Assembly (NCBI GenBank): GCA_963849325.1
Contig: CAWKHF010000005.1
Location: 1,097,351 to 1,161,350, forward strand
Direction of reading: 5' to 3'
Length of the DNA: 64,000 nucleotides
Origin: an uncultured Planctomycetota bacterium
GTDB taxonomy: Bacteria; Planctomycetota; Planctomycetia; Gemmatales; Gemmataceae
Shown here: positions 60,591 through 64,000 of the stretch, in pieces
How positions within the stretch are numbered: the stretch's first letter is position 1
Layout: each line of letters begins with the position of its first letter
Notes under the pieces: generated by a model
The model's input: only the letters and a program-made list of their open reading frames with translations
What the model was told of the DNA's origin: nothing
Database searches by the model: none
Translations under genes and position numbers: made by a program

Positions 60591-62019
60591 TCAAAACTGG
60601 AAGTAGATGAACGGCTTGCCGCCGTGCGGGGCCAGCAACAAGGCAACCATGAGCACGGCCGCATAGCCGACGCCCAGCACCGAAGCCGGCAACCGCCAAT
60701 CCCACCGCTGCCACAAGCCGAAGTGCCGCACGACGTGGCAGACCACCACCACGCCGACCGTCAGCCAGAAACCCACGCTCGGCAACGGCGGCCCACTCAG
60801 GCCGCCGATCGGTTGGAACAAGCGTTGGAACATCCGACCCGCCGTCGAAAAGTCCGCGGAACGGAAAATGACCAGGCTGAGGCAGAACGTCGAGAACGTC
60901 AGCGCGACGCGCAGCAACGTCCCCGGCGTCGAGCGCAGCAGGCCGTCCAACCGGGGCCGTGTGCGGCAATAGCCGTGGAAGATGCGGTGAATAATCATGT
61001 ACATCCCCTGCACGGCGCCGAAGCCAACGTAGGTCCAGCTGGCCCCGTGCCACAGACCGCACAGCGTCATGGTGAGGAGCAGGTTGCGGTTGGTCTTCCA
61101 GGTGCCGCCGCGGCTGCCGCCCAGCGGAATGAAGAGATAATCGCGCAGCCAGCTCGACAGCGACATGTGCCAGCGCCGCCAGAAGTCGGCGACGTTGACG
61201 GCCAAAAACGGCATGTTGAAATTTTGCGCCAGTTTGTAGCCGAGTAGGTGGGCGGTGCCGATGGCCATGTCCGTGTAGCCGGAGAAATCGCAATACACCT
61301 GCAAGGCGTAAGCCACCACCGCCATCCACGCCGTCCCGGTGCGGAAACTGCCGGGGTCGGCGTACACCGGGTCGGCGAACCAGGCCATGCGGTCGGCGAT
61401 GACCAGCTTCTTGAACAGGCCCATGAGGACGAATTGCATCCCGACGTGCAGGCGATACCAGTTCCAGCTTTTGGGCTGCCGAATCTGCGGCAGGAAGTCG
61501 CGGGCGCGGACGATCGGCCCGGCCACCAGATGCGGAAAGAACAGGATGAACAGCATGAAGTGGGCCAGGTTGCGCTCGGCGGGGATGCGGCGGCGATAAA
61601 CGTCCACCGTGTAGTTGATGGCCTCGAAGGTGTAGAAGGAAATGCCGATGGGCAGAATGACTCGCAAGGTACGGAACCACGTCGGCGAACCGGCCGCGAT
61701 CAGCGCCTCGTCCAGCGACAGCAAAAAGAAGTTGGCGTACTTGAAATATCCCAACAAACCCAGGTTGGCGACCAGGCTGACGCACAGCAGCAGCTTGCGT
61801 CCGCGCGGCGATTCGCCGCGGTCCATGCCCAGCGCCAGCAGGTAATCGAGGACCGTGGACGACGCTGATGAGCAGGGCCAGCTGCTTGTTCCAGCAGGCG
61901 TAGAAGAAAAAACTGGCGATCAGCAGCAGGCCGATCCGTCCGAGGCGCCAGGGGATCGCCCAGTACGTCACGAAGACGATCGTGAAGAACAGCAAAAACT
62001 CCGGCGAGCAGAAGAGCAC
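60591..62019 (-). CDS. MBOAT O-acyltransferase, AlgI/DltB type (frameshift near 61860)
   Basis: LGYFKYANFF, LPIGISFYTF, DFSGYTDMA, FWRRWHMSLSSWLRDY, GLWHGA, PFIYFQF. Confidence 0.93.
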
Positions 62020-62315
62020 GAAATCCCCCACGGTCGCACGATGCCCCGGCCCTCATTCGGCGTGAGGGCTTTTTGTGGAAGTATCGGATTTGCCGGCGGT
62101 CGAAATGAAGGGAAAACATGAGGCCCTCGTCTTTGGGTGTAACCAGAATCTCTGGGGGCCGGGGGTAGGGTGGGTCGAGGGCCGCGAGGCCCACCACGTC
62201 CGCATGGTGGGCCACGCGGCCCACGACTCACCCTACAAGGGCGCCGACAACCCCAGAGAATTGGGTTACACCCTCGCCTTTTGCCGACAAGCCCGGAGCG
62301 TCCGTGACGGGTTCT

Positions 62316-62606
62316 TCACCCGTCGCGGACGCTCTGGGCTTGTCTTCTTGAAGCCGCGTTTCGGTGCGAGCGCGGCCCTGGGACCGAGGCTGGCCGGGAA
62401 GCCGGCACGCTGCCGTCCGAGTAATACAGGAAGTCGCGCAGGAGGCGGCGGGCCAACTCGCCCGCTGTCATCTCCTGCTCGGATGCCTGCTCCTGCAGGG
62501 CTGTCAGCAGCCAGGATTCCAGCAGAAGACTCACCTCCACGACCATCCCCCGCTCCGGGGAGCTGCCTTCCGCGAGTGGCCCTTTCTCCAGATCGATCGT
62601 TGGCAT
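62316..62606 (-). CDS. Small hypothetical protein, possibly ribbon-helix-helix-like
   Basis: VVEVSLLLESWLLTALQEQASEQEMTAGELARRLLRDFL; AGGAGG RBS. Confidence 0.55.
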   Translation of the reverse strand: MPTIDLEKGPLAEGSSPERGMVVEVSLLLESWLLTALQEQASEQEMTAGELARRLLRDFLYYSDGSVPASRPASVPGPRSHRNAASRRQAQSVRDG

Positions 62607-62671
62607 CGCCTTCCTCCTGCTTTTACACCGCGACTGTCTGACGTCAGTACTCCCCTGGCCGGCCGAACCGA

Positions 62672-63379
62672 TCACCCGCTCAGGTGCGCGGTCGCCTTGT
62701 GATGCAGAGCTTGGACGATGACATCGGCGCAGTCGGCCGGCGACCACTGCGAGGTGTTGAGCACCAGGTCATAGTTGCGCGGCTTGGCCGGGTCGATGTG
62801 GAAGTGTTCGCGGATGAACTGGTTTCGCTGACGGTTGATCTCCTCAACCTGGCGGGCAGCGGTCTTGCGGTCCAGGTGGAGGCGACGGCCGAAGGCGGCG
62901 ATGCGGTCCTCGCGGTCGCCGACCAGGCGGACCCGTAGCGTCGAATTCGGCGGCAAGACGTACGCGGCCCCCCGGCCGACGATCACGCCGCGTCCCTGCT
63001 CGCCCAGGGAGCGGAGGACCGCGATCAGTCGGCGGAAGTAGCGACTCTCGCTCCGCTCCGGCGCGGAGATGAACGACTCGATGCATTCCAGCAGCCAGCT
63101 CTGCCCTCGCTCGTCGATCTCCTCGACAACCGCAATCGGCAAGCCCAGCTCGCCGGCGATGCGGACGGGCAGCTCGCGGTCGAACACCTGCCAGCCGAGC
63201 CGGCCGGCGACCTGCTGCGCGACCTCGAGAGCAGGCGTGCCAACCTCGCGCGACAGCGCGATCGTGAAGCGATCCAGCACCCGCGCCGGCTCCGTGGCGG
63301 GGTCGCCCCGCTCCGTGTGGTATCCCAACAACCGTTCCAGCGTCAGAGCTTGACGGGGCAGCAAAGTCGTATGAAACAT
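62672..63379 (-). CDS. Cytidylate kinase-like family protein
   Basis: TIALSREVGT, LGWQVFDREL, VIVGRGA, YDLVLNT; AAGGAG RBS. Confidence 0.9.
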   Translation of the reverse strand: MFHTTLLPRQALTLERLLGYHTERGDPATEPARVLDRFTIALSREVGTPALEVAQQVAGRLGWQVFDRELPVRIAGELGLPIAVVEEIDERGQSWLLECIESFISAPERSESRYFRRLIAVLRSLGEQGRGVIVGRGAAYVLPPNSTLRVRLVGDREDRIAAFGRRLHLDRKTAARQVEEINRQRNQFIREHFHIDPAKPRNYDLVLNTSQWSPADCADVIVQALHHKATAHLSG

Positions 63380-64000
63380 ATTGGAACTCCTTTAAGGATG
63401 TGAGAAAAGAGTGCCCGAATGTTCTTATGCCGCGACGCATCCGGGCGGTTCGCGCCGGGAGGACGAGGGACCACCTCCGTCCAGACGTCACCCTGTTTGG
63501 GGCCGGGGGAGAAGAGAGGAGGAGCGACTAAATGAGCAAGATGCAGAGAGAGCGGTACAGCGGTTCATTCGGCGCGCCCCGGAGAGGAGAAGACCGGGAA
63601 GTCAACGGGGGACCGGGACGTTCGTTGAGATGGGGGGACAAGGTTTCGAGAGTGTTCGCCTGTGCCAGGCGCGATCGATGAACGTCGTCGCCATCGTCGG
63701 GGGGGATTGCCGCGCTGGGACAGGGCCGAACGGGCCGATGTCCCGGGGCGCCCTTGCCGCGCCGCGCAGGAGAACGGCCTTGGGAGGATGTCCGCGTCCA
63801 ACGTGGGAATCGTGCCGGCGACCGCGGTGATGGAGCGGCCCGCCCACCGCCAAAAGCAGCAGCAAGCAAGCGAACAGTCCACGCAGATACAGACGGGAGA
63901 AGGTTTGCATGTTCAGGCCACCGAGCTATCCTTTTCTGAGGGGCATCGATAGCAATCCGAGGAGAGGGTGTCAACCGCTGTTTCGCCGGACCCGGCCTCT

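Noticed and set aside
63380-64000. Short ORFs at the right end
   Set aside because: No motifs or convincing RBS; treated as intergenic.

Overview
High-GC bacterial chromosome segment, almost certainly Planctomycetota and Gemmataceae-like (DUF1501, DUF1549/DUF1553, DUF1559, DUF4058, Mtd/DUF1464 C1 genes, many Ser/Thr kinases and WD40 proteins). Housekeeping content: a SAM-I riboswitch before a threonine-synthase-family gene, infC-rpmI-rplT-pheS-pheT, three partly degenerate tRNAs, a split putA, rnpB and ribF. About 18 genes, including the essential pheT, carry 1-2 nt frameshifts that are best explained as long-read consensus errors. Most notable observations: (1) a 17-kb co-oriented cluster where a BlaI repressor, with a visible promoter and operator, and a BlaR1/M56-WD40 sensor precede secreted, mosaic copies of the sensor's own WD40 ectodomain, then DUF1549/DUF1501/EF-hand genes; (2) an about 600-nt RNase P RNA with a 165-nt structured insertion in the P13 loop; (3) a REP-like palindrome translated in frame inside pheT; (4) putA split by a DUF4058 gene and pheS/pheT separated by a Uma2 gene; (5) many families of intergenic palindromes; (6) a duplicated MBOAT + SGNH-like acylation cluster. 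All family assignments come from motif recognition by eye; no database searches were run.
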